Shown here piece by piece: positions 12,713-25,460 of a stretch of DNA of 64,000 nucleotides. The notes beneath the pieces were generated by a model. The model was not told where the DNA came from. It ran no database searches and saw nothing but the letters and a program-made list of their open reading frames with translations. The stretch lies in NCBI RefSeq assembly GCF_963921235.1, contig NC_086097.1, forward strand, positions 243,414,001 to 243,478,000. Direction: 5' to 3'. Positions within the stretch are counted from its first letter, which is position 1. Every line of letters begins with the position of its first letter. The translations under genes and the position numbers were made by a program. Source of the DNA: Mobula hypostoma. Lineage: Eukaryota.

Positions 12713-13575
12713 GGTACGCCTATGACTGTGTGACTAAATACAGCTCCAACACCATATACAAGTTTGCTGATGACACAATTGTTGTGGACTGTATCAAAGG
12801 TGGTGATGAATCAGCATACAGGAGGGAGATTGAAAATCTGGCTGAGTGGTGTCATAACAACGGCTTCTTACTCAATGTCAGTAAAACTAAGGAACCGATA
12901 GTAGACTTCAGGAAACCAGTTTCTCCCGGGATCAATAAAGTATGACTATGACTATGAAAGGGAAACCAGAGGTTCATGAGCCAGTAATCAGTGGAGGATC
13001 AGAGGTGGAGAAAGTCAGTAACTTTAAATTCCTGGGTATCACTATCTCAGAGGACCTGTCCTGGACCCATCATAGAAATATAATTGCAAAGAAAGCACAA
13101 CAGCACCTCTACTTCCTCAGAAGTCTGTGGATATTTGGCATGTCATCAAAAACCACAGCAACCATTTATAGATGTGTGGTGGAAAGTGTGCTTCCTGGCT
13201 GCATTATGGCCTGGAATGGGAACACCAATGCTTTGAGTGGAAAATCCTACAAAAGGTAGTGGATTTGGCCCAGTATGTCATGGGTAAAACCCTCCAAACC
13301 ATTGAGCACATCTACATGAAATGTCACCATAGAAAAGCAGCAATCATCATCAAAGATGCCCACTACCCAGGGCATGGCCTTTTCTCGCTGCTACCATCAG
13401 GTAGAAGGTACAAGATCCTCAGGACCTGCACCACCAGGTTCAATGTCTGTTACTACCCCTCAACCATCAGGCTCTTGAACAAAAGGGGATAATTACACTC
13501 ATTTAAGGACTCTTTTATCTCGTTATTTCATGCTCATTACTTATTGCAATTTATTTATTATGTGCATTTGCAGTT
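12713..13575 (+). mobile_element. Rex1/Babar-type LINE RT and 3' end, preceded by a CR1 fragment at 12545-12712
   Basis: IYKFADDTIVV...LNVSKTKE, FKFLGITISEDLSW, LPSGRRY. Confidence 0.8.
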
Positions 13576-13577
13576 TG

Positions 13578-16500
13578 TACTCAGGAAGCTGAATAGGCTA
13601 AGGTAGATAAATCTCCTGGACCAGATGGAATGCACCCTCGTGTTCTGAAGGAAGTAGCTGTGGAGACTGCGGAGGCATTAGCGATGATCTTTCAAAGGTC
13701 GATAGATTCTGGCATGGTTCCGGAGGACTGGAAGATTGCAAATGTCACTCCGCTATTTAAGAAGGGGGCAAGGAAGCAAAAAGGAAATTATAGACCTGTT
13801 AGCTTGACATCCGTGGTTGGGAAGTTGTTGGAGTCGATTGTCAAGGATGAGGTTACAGAGTACCTGGAGGCATATGATAAGATAGGCAGAACTCAGCATG
13901 GATTCCTTAAAGGAAAATCCTGCCTGACAAACCTATTACAATTTTTTGAGGAAATTACAAGTAGGCTAGACAAGGGAGATGCAGTGGATGTTGTATATTT
14001 AGATTTTCAGAAGGCCTTTGACAAGGTGCCACACATGAGGCTACTTAACAAGATAAGAGCCCACGGAATTACGGGAAAGTTACATATGTGGATAGAGCGT
14101 TGGCTGATTGGCAGGAAACAGAGACTGGGAATAAAGGGATCCTATTCTGGTTGGCTGCCGGTTACCAGTGGTGTTTCACAGGGATCAGTGTTGGGGCCAC
14201 TTCTTTTTACATTGTACATCAACGATTTAGATTATGGAATAGATGGCTTTGTGGCTAAGTTTGCTGACGATACGAAGATAGCTGGAGGGGCCGGTAGTGC
14301 TGAGGAAACGGAGAGTCTGCAGAGAGACTTGGATAGATTGGAAGAATGGGCAGAGAAGTGGCAAATGAAGTACAATGTTGGAAAGTGTATGGTTATGCAC
14401 TTTGGCAGAAAAAATGAACGGGAAGAGACTTGGAAGAGCAAATCTGCAGAGAGATAGCTGGCAACTGCAGGAAACATAAAGTTGTGGTGGTAGGGGATTT
14501 TAATTTTCCATACATTGATTGGGACTCCCATACTGTTAGGGGTCTAGATGGTTTAGAGTTTGTAAAATGTGTTCAGGAAAGTTTTCTAAATCAATATATA
14601 GAGGGACCAACTAGGGGGGATGCAATATTGGATCTCCTGTTAGGAAACAAATTAGGGCAAGTGACAGAAGTCTGTGTAGGGGAGCACTTTGGTTCCAGTT
14701 ATCATAACACCATTAGTTTCAATTTGATCATGGACAAGGATAGATCTGGTCCTAGGGTTGAGGTTCTGAACTGGAAGAAGGCCAAATTTGAAGAAATGAG
14801 AAAGGATCTAAAAAGCGTGGATTGGGACAGGTTGTTCTCTGGCAAAGATGTGATTGGTAGGTGGGAAGCCTTCAAAGGGGAAATTTTGAGAGTGAAGAGT
14901 TTGTATGTTCCTGTCAGGGTTAAAGGCAAATTGAATAGGAATAAGGAACCTTGGTTCTCAAGGGATATTGCAACTCTGATAAAGAAGAAGAGGGAGTTGT
15001 ATGAAATGTATAGGAAACAGGGGGTAAATCAGGTGCTTGAGGAGTATAAGAAGTGCAAGAAAATACTTAAGAAAGAAATCAGGAGGGCTAAAAGAAGACA
15101 TGAGGTTGCCTTGGCAGTCAAAGTGAAGGATAATCCGAAGAACTTTTACAAGTATATTAAGAGCAAAAGGATTGTAAGGGATAAAATTGGTCCTCTTGAA
15201 GATCAGAGTGGTCGACTTTGTGTGGAACCAAAGGAAATGGGGGAGATCTTAAATAGGTTTTTTGTGTCTGTATTTACTAAGGAAGCTGGCATGAAATCTG
15301 TGGAATTGAGGGAATCAAGTAGTGAGACCATGGAAACTGTACAGATTGAAAAGGAGGAGGTGCTTGCTGTCTTGAGGAAAATTAAAGTGGATAAATCCCC
15401 GGGACCTGACAGAGTGTTCCCTCGGACCTTGAAGGAGACTAGTGTTGAAGTTGCAGGGGGCCCTGGCAGAAATATTTAAAATGTCGCTGTCTACGGGTGA
15501 AGTGCCGAAGGATTGGAGAGTGGCTCATGTTGTTCTGTTGTTTAAAAAAGAATCGAAAAGTAATCCGGGAAATTATAGGCCGGTGAGTTTAATGTCAGTA
15601 GTAGGTAAGTTATTGGAGGGAGTATTAAGAGACAGAATCTACAAGCATTTGGGTAGACAGGGACTTATTAGGGAGAGTCAACATGGCTTTGTGCGTGGTA
15701 GGTCATGTTTGACCAATCTGTTGGAGTTTTTCGAGGAGGTTAGCAGGAATGTGGATGAAGGGAAGGCAGTGGATATTGTCTACATGGACTTCAGTAAGGC
15801 CTTTGACAAGGTCCCGCATGGGAGGTTAGTTAGGAAAATTCAGTCGCTAGGTATACATGGAGAGGTGGTAAATTGGATTAGACATTGGCTCGATGGAAGA
15901 AGCCAGAGAGTGGTGGTAGAGAATTGCTTCTCTGAGTGGAGGCCTGTGACTAGTGGTGTGCCACAGGGATCAGTGCTGGGTCCATTGTTATTTGTCATCT
16001 ATATCAATGATCTGGATGATAATATGGTAAATTGGATCAGCAAGTTTGCTGATGATACAAAGATTGGAGGTGTAGTAGACAGTGAGGAAGGTTTTCAGAG
16101 CCTGCAGAGGGACTTGGACCATCTGGAAAAAATGGGCTGAAAAATGGCAGATGGAGTTTAATACAGACAAGTGTGAGGTATTGCACGTTGGAAGGACAAA
16201 CCAAGATAGAACATACAGGGTTAATGGTAAGGCACTGAGCAGTGCAGTGGAACAGAGGGATCTGGGAATACAGATACAAAATTCCCTAAAAGTGGCGTCA
16301 CAGGTAGATAGGGTCGTAAAGAGAGCTTTTGGTACCTTGGCCTTTATTAATCGAAGTATTGAGTATAAGAGCTGGAATGTTATGATGAGGTTGTATAAGG
16401 CATTGGTGAGGCCGAATCTGGAGTATTGTGTTCAGTTTTGGTCACCAAATTACAGGAAGGATATAAATAAGGTTGAAAGAGTGCAGAGAAGGTTTACAAA

Positions 16501-17742
16501 GATGTTGGCGGGACTTGACAAACTCAGTTACAGAGAAAGGTTGAATAGGTTAGGACTTTATTCCCTGGAGCGTAGAAGAATGAGGGGAGATTTGACAGAG
16601 GTATATAAAATTATGATGGGTATAGATAGAGTGAATGCAAGCAGGCTTTTTCCACTGAGGCAAGGGGAGAAAAAAACCAGAGGACATGGGTTAAGGGTGA
16701 GGGGGGAAAAGTTTAAAGGGAACATTAGTGGGGGCTTCTTCACACAGAGAGTGGTGGGAGTATGGAATGAACTGCCAGACGAGGTGGTAAATGCGGGTTC
16801 TTTTTTAACATTTAAGAATAAATTGGACAGATACGTGGATGGGAGGTGTATGGAGGAATATGGTCCGTGTGCAGGTCAGTGGGACTAGGCTGAAAATGGT
16901 TCGGCATAGCTAAGAAGGGCCAAAGGGCCTGTTTCTGTGCTGTAGTTTCTATGGTTCTATGGTTCTATGGGCAGACTGTTATTTAAATGGGGAAAGAATT
17001 CAAAGTTCTGAGATGCAAAAGGACTTGGGAGTCCTCGTACAGGATACCCTTAAAGTTAACCTCCAGGTTGAGTCAGTAGTGAAGAAGGCGAATGCAATGT
17101 TGGCATTCATTTCTAGAGGAATAGAGTATAGGAGCAGGGATGTGATGTTGAGGCTCTATAAGGCGCCGGCAAGACCTCACTTGGAGTACCATGGGATGTT
17201 TTGGTCTCCTTATTTAAGAAAGGATGTGCTGACGTTGGAGAGGGTACAGAGAAGATTCACTAGAATGATTCCGGGAATGAGAGGGTTAACATATGGGGAA
17301 TGTTTGTCCACTCTTGGACTGTATTCCTTGGAGTTTAGAAGAATGAGGGGAGACCTCATAGAAACATTTCGAATGTTAAAAGGCATGGACAGAGTGGATG
17401 TGGCAAAGTTGTTTCCCATGATGGGGGAGTCTAGTACGAGAGGGCATGACTTAAGGATTGAAGGGCGCTCATTCAGAACAGAAATGCGAAGAAATTTTTT
17501 TAGTCAGAGGGTGGTGAATCTATGGAATTTGTTGCCACGGGTGGCAGTGGAGGCCAAGTCATTGGGAGTATTTAAGGCAGAGATTGATAGGTATCTGAGT
17601 AACCAAGGCATCAAAGGTTACGGTGAGAAGGAGGGGAGTGGGACTAAATAGGAGAAAATGGATCAGCTCATGATAAAATGGCGGAGCAGACTCGATGGGC
17701 CAAATGGCCTACTTCTGCTCCTTTGTCTTATGGTCTTATGGT
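13578..17742 (+). mobile_element. CR1 family C copy (RT and 3' end), split by a family B insertion
   Basis: ORF 13630.. (HPRVLKEVA...KFADD...HFGRKNER) resumes at about 16970 (ADCYLNGERI...) and ends in a (ttatggtc)n tail. Confidence 0.9.
14422..16969 (+). mobile_element. Young CR1 family B, near-complete ORF2 (partial endonuclease, RT, 3' end)
   Basis: VVVGDFNFP...ILDLLLGN endonuclease motifs and a full RT; only two frameshifts, both at homopolymer runs (about 15460 and 16130); (ctatggtt)n tail. Confidence 0.93.
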
Positions 17743-18019
17743 TTACAGTTTACAGTTCCTGTTGTTTACAGTTTACTGTTCTATAGATTTGCTAAGTATG
17801 CCAACAGAAAAGAATCTCAGGGTTGTACGTGGAAACATATATGTATCCCGATAATAAATTTTACTTGGAACTTTGAACAGCCTCAGAATACAAGGATGTC
17901 CCTTTAGGGAAAAAAAATAAGGAGGAATTTCTTTAGCCAAACAGTGGTGAATTTGTGGAATTCATTGCCACAGATAGATGTAGAGACCAAGTCATTAGAT
18001 ATATTTAAATGATATATTT

Positions 18020-18595
18020 AAGCATATTTGATCAAGGCAGGACTGTGTAGAGGCGTGGATGTCAGCGAGTTAGACTGGCGGGAGGAATTTAAAAGGACAG
18101 AGTTTCTGCTTCAGCAGTTTGATCGAGGCACGACTGCGGAGGTGCGTGGACGTCAGCGAGTTAGGGAAGAATTAAAAAAGCAGATAGCTTTATAGAGCGG
18201 GCGCCAGAGGAACGGGCGTTAGAGTAGAGGGAGTCAGAAGAGGAGGGTTTTGACTCAACGGGGCTTCATCAATAACAGGTCGAGGTGAGGTAAGCTACTT
18301 GTGAAGAATAGGAAGAGGAAATATTTCTGTAAGTTTGGTGTTCTGCACTGGGTGTCACATGTGGGATGTCCAGAAGACTACCAGCCTCCCAGACGGCCAC
18401 GTCTGCGCCAGGTGTGTGGAGCTGCAGCTCCTTTGGGACCAGGTTAGGGAACTGGAGATGCAGCTCGATGACCTTCATCTGGTCAGGGCAAGTGAGGAGA
18501 TGATAGAGAGGAGCGATAGGCAAGTAGTCACACCGGGCCCTCAGGAGACAGATAAGTGGGTCACAGTCAGAAGAGGGAAGGGTAAGAATCAGATA
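18020..18595 (+). mobile_element. CR1 5' UTR and ORF1 N-terminus (zinc finger, leucine zipper)
   Basis: VFCTGCHMW...HVCARCVELQLL...WVTVRRGKG; duplicated ~45 bp motif in the 5' UTR at 18027 and 18118. Confidence 0.8.
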
Positions 18596-20405
18596 CTCAA
18601 AGAGCAGATAGGGAGGCAGATTCTGGAATGGTGCAGTAATAACAGGGTTGTTGTGATGGGGGATTTTAATTTCACCAATATCGATTGGCATCTCCCTAGA
18701 GCAAGGGGTTTAGATGGGGTGGAGTTTGTTAGGTGTGTTCAGGAAGGGTTCCTGACACAGTATGTACAAAAGCCTACAAGGGGAGAGGCTGTACTTGATC
18801 TGGCATTGGGAAATGAACCTGGTCGGGTGTCAGGTCTCTCAGTGGGACAGCATTTTGGAGATAGTGATCACAATTCTATCTCCTTTACCATAGCATTGGA
18901 GAGAGATAGGAACAGACAAGTTAGGAAAGTGTTTCATTGGAGTAAGGAGAAATATGAAGCTATCAGGCAGGAACTTGGAATTGGGAGCAGATGTTCTCAG
19001 GAAAATGTACGGCAGAAATGTGACAAATGTTCAGGGGATATTTGTGTGGCATTCTGCATAGGTACGTTCCAATGAGACAGGGAAAGGATGGTAGGGTACA
19101 GGAACCATAGTGTACAAAAGCTGTTGAAAATCTGGTCAAGAAGAAAAGAAAAGCTTATGAAAAGTTCAAAAAACTAGGTTATGATAGAGACCTAGGAAAT
19201 TATAACGCTAGCAGGAAGGAGCTTAAGAATGAAATTAGGAGAGCCAGAAGGGGCCATGAGAAGGCCTTGGTGAGCAGGATTAAGGAAAACACCAAAGCAT
19301 TCTACAAGTATGTGAAGAGCAAGAGGATAAGATGTGACAGAATAGGACCAATCAAGTGTGACAGTGGAAGAGTGTGTGTGGAACCGGAGGAGATAGTAGA
19401 GATACTTAATGAATACTTTACTTCAGTATTCACTACGGAAAAGGACCTTGGCAATTGTGGGGATGACTTATAGTGGACTGAAAAGCTTGAGCATATAAAC
19501 ATTAAGAAAGAGGATGTGCTGGAGCTTTGGGAAAGCATCAAGTTGGATCAGTCAATGGGACTGGATGAGATATACTCCAGGCTACTGTGAGAAATAGGGA
19601 GGCAATGCTCTTTGCATCATCAGTGGGGACGGGGGAGTTTCCGGAGGATTGGAGGGTTGCAGATGTTATTCCCTTATTCAAGAAAGGGAGTAGAGTTAGC
19701 CCAGGAAATTATAGACCGGTGAGTCTTACTTCAATGGTTGGTAAGTTGATGGAGGAGATCCTGAGAGATAGGATTTATGAACATTTGGAGAGGCATAATA
19801 TGATTAGGAATAGTCAGCATGGCTTTGTGAAAGGCAGGTCGTGCCTTCCGAGCCTGATTGAATTTTTTGTGGATGTGACTAAACATGTTGATGAAGGTAG
19901 AGCAGTAGATGTAGTGTATATGGATTTCAACAAGGCATTTGATAAGGTACCCAATGCAAGGCTTATTGAGAAAGTAAGGAAGCATGGGATCCAAGAGGAC
20001 ATTGCTTTGTAGATCCAGAACTGGCTTGCCCACAGAAGGAAAAGAATGGTTGTAGATGGGTCATATTCTGCATGGAGCTTGGTGACTAGTGGTGTGCCTC
20101 AGGAATCTGTTCTTGGACCCCTTCTCTTCATGATTTTTATAAATGACCTGGATGAGGAATTGGAGGGATGGGTTAGTAAATTTGCTGATAACACAAAGGT
20201 TGGGGATGTTGTGGATAGTGTAGGGGGCTGTCAGAGGTTACAGTAGGACATTGATAGGATGCAAAACTGGGCTGAGAAGTGGCAGATGGAGTTCAACCCA
20301 AATAACTCTGAGTTGGTTCATTTTGGTGGGTCAAATATAATGGCAGAATATAGTATTAATGGTAAAACTCTTGACAGTGTGGAGGATCAGAGGGATCTTG
20401 GGGTA
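18596..20405 (+). mobile_element. CR1 family D ORF2 fragment, 3' end missing
   Basis: VVVMGDFNF, SDHN, NYRPVSLT, KFADN; multiple stops and frameshifts. Confidence 0.88.
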
Positions 20406-20624
20406 CTACGAGCACAATGAACGGATGTACCACAAGCACTGTTGCACAGCCTGCCTCTGGTGGTGCGTAGACCCTGAAGCAGAGTCCGTGGTTGTGACGT
20501 GAAGTGCCCAGCGGCCTCTCCTTTTCCTAAATTCCTGTATCCCTCTGTTGTGCTCTTAAGACCAGTCAAGTCCCGATCCCTGCGGAGGTCTCCATTACAT
20601 TTTGGGTAGCTCCATGGGACACAG

Positions 20625-21175
20625 AATATTGAACATAGAATAGCATAGGCACTTCAGTCCAAAGTGTTGTGCCAACCTTTTAACCTATTCTAAAATAATG
20701 CTTCCATCCCACATAGTTCTCCATTCCTCTATCATCTATGTGCTTATCTAAGAGATTTTTAAATGATCTTAATGTGTCTGCCTCTACACCACCCTTGGCA
20801 CGTGTCCATGCACCCACCATTCCCTACATAAAAATCTTACCTCTAACATTCCCCCCTATACTTCCCTCCAATCACCTTGAAATAATACTCTCTGATATTA
20901 GCTACTTCCATCGTGGGAGAAAGGTTCTGGCTGTCCACTTTATGCCTCTTATATCCTTCTATCAAGTCTCCTTTCCTCCTCCTAGCTTGCTCAAACTCTA
21001 GTCCTTGCATCATCCTGATAAATCTCTTCTGCACCCTCTCGAAAGCTTCCACATCCTTCCTATAATGAGGCAACCAGAAATGAACACGATATTTCAAGTG
21101 AGATCTAACCAGAGTTTTATAGAGTGCAACATTAGCTCATGGCTTTTGAACTCAGTCCCCCAATTAATGAAGGCT
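20625..21175 (-). mobile_element. Old CR1 3' fragment
   Basis: Degenerate YRVHFWLPHYRKDVEAFERVQKRF. Confidence 0.7.
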
Positions 21176-21619
21176 CCTTTTTCAGAATAAATAACTCAAG
21201 GTCAACTCCAGATGATTTCAAATTCTTAATTAACCACATCAACTTAACCTGCTGGCAAATCAATGCTCAAACAATTTGATGCCTGTGTCTGTAAAACCCT
21301 TCTCCTGGAATATTACCTCTAACTACTATTTCTGAAACTGCTGGCATTGGAGAGGGTTCAGAGAATGATCCCAGCAATGAAAGAGTTAATGTATGAGGAG
21401 CAATTGATGGCTCTGGGCCTATACTCAAAGTAAACTCCAGATGGTTTCAAATTCTAAGTTAACCATACCAATTTAATCCGTTCAGAAGAATAATAGGGAG
21501 GTGGAGGGGAGGGGGAAATCTCATTGAAACTTGTGGAATTTTGAAAAGCCCAGATGGAAAGGAAATGGATAAAACATACTGTAGCTTGTCTGAACAATAG
21601 AATGTACATTGTAAAGAAA

Positions 21620-21885
21620 GGTAACGTAAAGTAAAGGCATCCATTAGTCTCGCGAGACCATGGATCTGCACCTGGAAAGTCTTCACCAGCAGTTGCCCAT
21701 GCTGCAAGTCTCCCCTCTCCATGATACCAATGTTGTCCAAGGGAAGGGCAGTAGGACCCATACAGCTTGGCACTGGTGTCGTCGCAGAGCAATGTGTGAT
21801 TAAGTGCCTTGCTCAAGAACACAACACGTTGCCTCGGCTGGGGCTCGAACTCACGACCTTCAGGTCACTTGGCCACGTGCCCACT
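21620..21885 (-). mobile_element. tRNA-derived CORE-type SINE with RTE-like tail
   Basis: ttaagtgccttgctcaagaacac resembles the CORE domain; ggctcgaactc is a reverse B box. Head is shared with 56080-56355 but the tail differs. Confidence 0.55.
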
Positions 21886-21954
21886 AAAGAACGGTATGTA
21901 ACATAAAATATTAACAACACAAATTTTCTTTAAATACTGAATATTGTAAGGCCT

Positions 21955-22320
21955 ATATAGAGTGAGTGGATGTGGAAAGGATGTTTCCTATTGTGGGAGA
22001 ACCTAGGATCAGAGGGGAAAGCCTCAGATAGAAGGATGTCCCATTAGAACATAGTTGAAGAAGAATGTCTTCAGCTGGAGGGTGGTGAATCTGTGGAATT
22101 CATTGTGGAGCCCAAGTCATTGGGTATATTTAAAGCAGAGGTTGATGTGTTCTTGATTAGTGAGAGCGTCAAAGGTTACAGGCAGAGGGCAGGAGAATGG
22201 GGTTGAGAAGGAAAATAAACCGGTCATGATCAAATGGCCAAGCAGATTCGATGGGCCAAATGGCCTTATGAGACCATAAAACATAGAAGCAGAATTAGGC
22301 CACTTGGCCCAGTTGAGTCT
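21955..22320 (+). mobile_element. CR1 3' fragment joined tail-to-tail to a short minus-strand CR1 tail
   Basis: gtggtgaatctgtggaattc... followed by agaccataaaacatagaagcagaattaggcc. Confidence 0.65.
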
Positions 22321-22504
22321 ACATGAGGGAGTCCCCAGTGAGCCACAAGGAGATCAGAGCAGTAGGGACAAAAGATCATTATGTAGCATAGAGAGGAGGC
22401 CTGGTGGAAGAATCTCTCCAGGGAGAAACTCTCAGTGTAATCTTCCTAAGTTTACAGTATGTTTTCATACACTTAAATACAAAGATAAAAGCAGGTAATG
22501 GAAT

Positions 22505-22830
22505 ATACATTCAACGGCCACTTTATTATGTACACACTTGCACACCCGCGTGTTAATGGAAAATTCTAATCCGCCAATCATGTGGCAGCAACTCAATGCA
22601 TAAAAGCATGCATACATGGTCAAGAGGCTCAGACATTCATCAGACCAGACATCAGAATGGGGAAGAATTGTGATGCAAGTCACTCTGACCATGGAGTGAT
22701 TGTTGGTGCCAGACAGTAACTCGGTAGAAGTGCATTCCTGAATGCACAGCACGTCAAACCTTGAAATGGATGGGCTACAGCTGGAAAGACCACAGAAAAC
22801 ATTCAGTGGCTGCTTTATTCGGTACAGGAA
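22505..22830 (+). mobile_element. Tc1/mariner-derived non-autonomous fragment
   Basis: TIR-like cattcaacggccactttattatgtacac; transposase-start remnant (gaccatggagtgattgttggtgccaga, like DRGMIVGAR); gatgggctacagc remnant. Confidence 0.55.
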
Positions 22831-22944
22831 GCACCCAATAATTTCGACAACAGCATCTCCACTACGATAAAGCAACCTCAGCTCCAATGGATAGGTCATC
22901 CCATTCAGATGCCTAATTTACATCTTCCTAAAGGGATCATATAC

Positions 22945-23677
22945 TCCCAGTCCAATCCTCATAGAGGGATTGGAAGTAGTGTGAGCAGTTTCAAGTTTCT
23001 GGGTGTCAAGATCTCTGAGGATCAAACCTGGTCCCAACATATCGACGCAGTTATAAAGAAGGCAAGACAGTAGCTGTATTACATCAGGAGTTTGAAGATA
23101 CTTGGTTTGTCAACAAGTACACTCAAAAACTTCTACAGATGTACTGTGGAGAGCATTCTGACAGGCTGCATCACTCTCTGGTATGGGGGGTACTACTGCA
23201 CAGGACTGAAAGAAGCTGCAGAGAGTCGTAAATTTAGTCGTCTCTATCTTGGCTACTAGCTTACAAAGCACCCAGGACATCTCCAGGGAGCGGTGTCTCA
23301 GAAAGGCAGTGTCCATTATTAAGGACCTCCAGCACCCAGGGCATGCCCTTTTCTCACTGTTACCATCAGGTAGGAGGTACAGAAGCCTGAAGGCACACAC
23401 TCAGTGATTCAGGAACAGTTTCTTCCCCTCTGCCATCCGATTCCTAAATGGACATTGAACCCTTGGACACTACCTCACTTTTTAAAATATATAGTAGTTC
23501 TGTTTTTGCACGATTTTTAATCTATTCAATATACGTATACTGTAATTGATTTATTTATTTACTATTATTATTTTATTTCGTGATTTTTTTCTTCTACATT
23601 ATGTATTACATTGAACTGCTACTGCTAAGTTAACAAATTTCAGGACACCTGCCAGTGATAATAAGCCTGATTCTGAT
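22945..23677 (+). mobile_element. Rex1/Babar-type LINE 3' fragment
   Basis: FKFLGVKISED..., FYRCTVESILTGCI, LPSGRRYRSL; (ctgatt)n tail. Confidence 0.82.
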
Positions 23678-23966
23678 GCAGTTAAAGGAAGCTTAGCCAG
23701 CTCCTGGTCGGCAATTTGCTCAAGAGGGAACTGCGCTACATGAGAGCGACTGACGCTGTGCCACAGAGAACAAGCTGTAGCTGTGAAAGGAGAGACTGAA
23801 TAACCAAAAGACCCAACACCTAACCACAGCCACTGCTTACTCTTGCCCACACCGCATCAGAATATGTGGATCGCAAACCAGCCTCTACAGTTGCCTCGAG
23901 ACCTACCAATAGACAACCCCTTAGGAGAACATCATACATGTCTCAAGTGATCACACTACTGACATT

Positions 23967-25460
23967 ATAGAAACATAGAAAACCTACAGCACAATACAGG
24001 CCCTTTGGGCCACAAAGCTGTGCTGAACATGTCCCTACCTTAGAAATTACTAGGCTTACTCATAGCCCTCTATATTTCTAAGCTCCATGTACCAATCCAA
24101 AAGTCTCTTAAAAGACCCTATCGTATACGCCTCCACCACTGCCACTGGCAGCCCATTCCACACACTCACCACTCTCTGCGTAAAAAACTTACCCCTGACA
24201 TCTCCTCTGTACCCACTCCCCAGTAACTTAAACCTGTGTCCTCTTGTGGCAACCATTTCAGCCCTGGGAAAAAGTCTCTGACTATCCACACGATCAATGC
24301 CTCTCATCATCTTATATGCCTCTATCAGGTCACCTCTCATCCTCCATTGCTCCAAGGAGAAAAGGCCAAGTTCACTTAAATTGTTTTCATAAGGCATGCT
24401 CCCCAATCCAGGCAACATCCTTGTAAATCTTCTCTGCACCCTTTCTATGGTTTCCACATCCTTCCTGTAGTGAGATGACCAGAACTGAGCACAGTACTCC
24501 AAGTGGGGTCTGACCAGGGTCCTATATAGCTGCAACAGTACCTCTTGGCTTGTAAATTCAATTCCACGATTAATGAAGGCCAATACCCCATATGCTTTCT
24601 TAACCACAGAGTCAACCTACGCAGCTGCTTTGAGCGTCCTATGGACTCGGACCCCAAGATCCCTCTGATCCTCCACACTGCCAAGAGTCTTACCATTAAT
24701 ACTATATTCTGCCATCATATTTGACCTACTAAAATGAACCACTTCACACTTAATCTGGGTTGAACTCCATCTGCCACTTCTCAGCCCAGTTTTGCATCCT
24801 ATCAATGTCCCGTTGTAACCTGTGAAAGCCCTCCACACTATTCACAACACCTCCTACCTTTGTGTCATCAGCAAACTTACTAACCCATCCCTCCACTTCC
24901 TCACACAGGTCATTTATAAAAATCATGAAGAGTAAGGGTCTCAGAACAGATCCCTGAGGCACAGCACTGGTCTCCGACTTCCATGCAGAATGTGACCCAT
25001 CTACAACCACACTTTGCCTTCTGTGGGCAAGCCAGTGCTGGATCCACAAAGCAATGTCCCCTTGGATCCCATGCCTCCTTACTTTCTCAATAAGCCTTGC
25101 ATGGGGTACCTTATCAAATGCCTTGCTAAAAAACCATATACACTACATCTACTGCTCTTCCTTCATCAATGTGTTTAGTCACATACTCAGAAAATTCAAT
25201 CAGGTTCGTAAGGAACTGCCTTCCCTTAACAAAGCCATGCTGACTATTCCTAATCATATTACACCTCTCCAAATGTTCATAAATCCTGCCTCTCAGGATC
25301 TTCTCTGTCAACTTATCAACTACTGAAGTAAGAATCACTAGTCTATAATTTCCTGGGCTATCTCTACTCCCTTTCTTGAATAAAGGAACAACATCCGCAA
25401 CCCTCCAATCTTCCAGAACCTCTCCCGTCCCCATTGATGATGCAAAGATCATCGCCAGAG
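23967..25460 (-). mobile_element. CR1 family D RT and 3' end
   Basis: ORFs 24056..24607, 24750..25049 and 25126..; tagaaacatagaaa tail. Confidence 0.9.
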
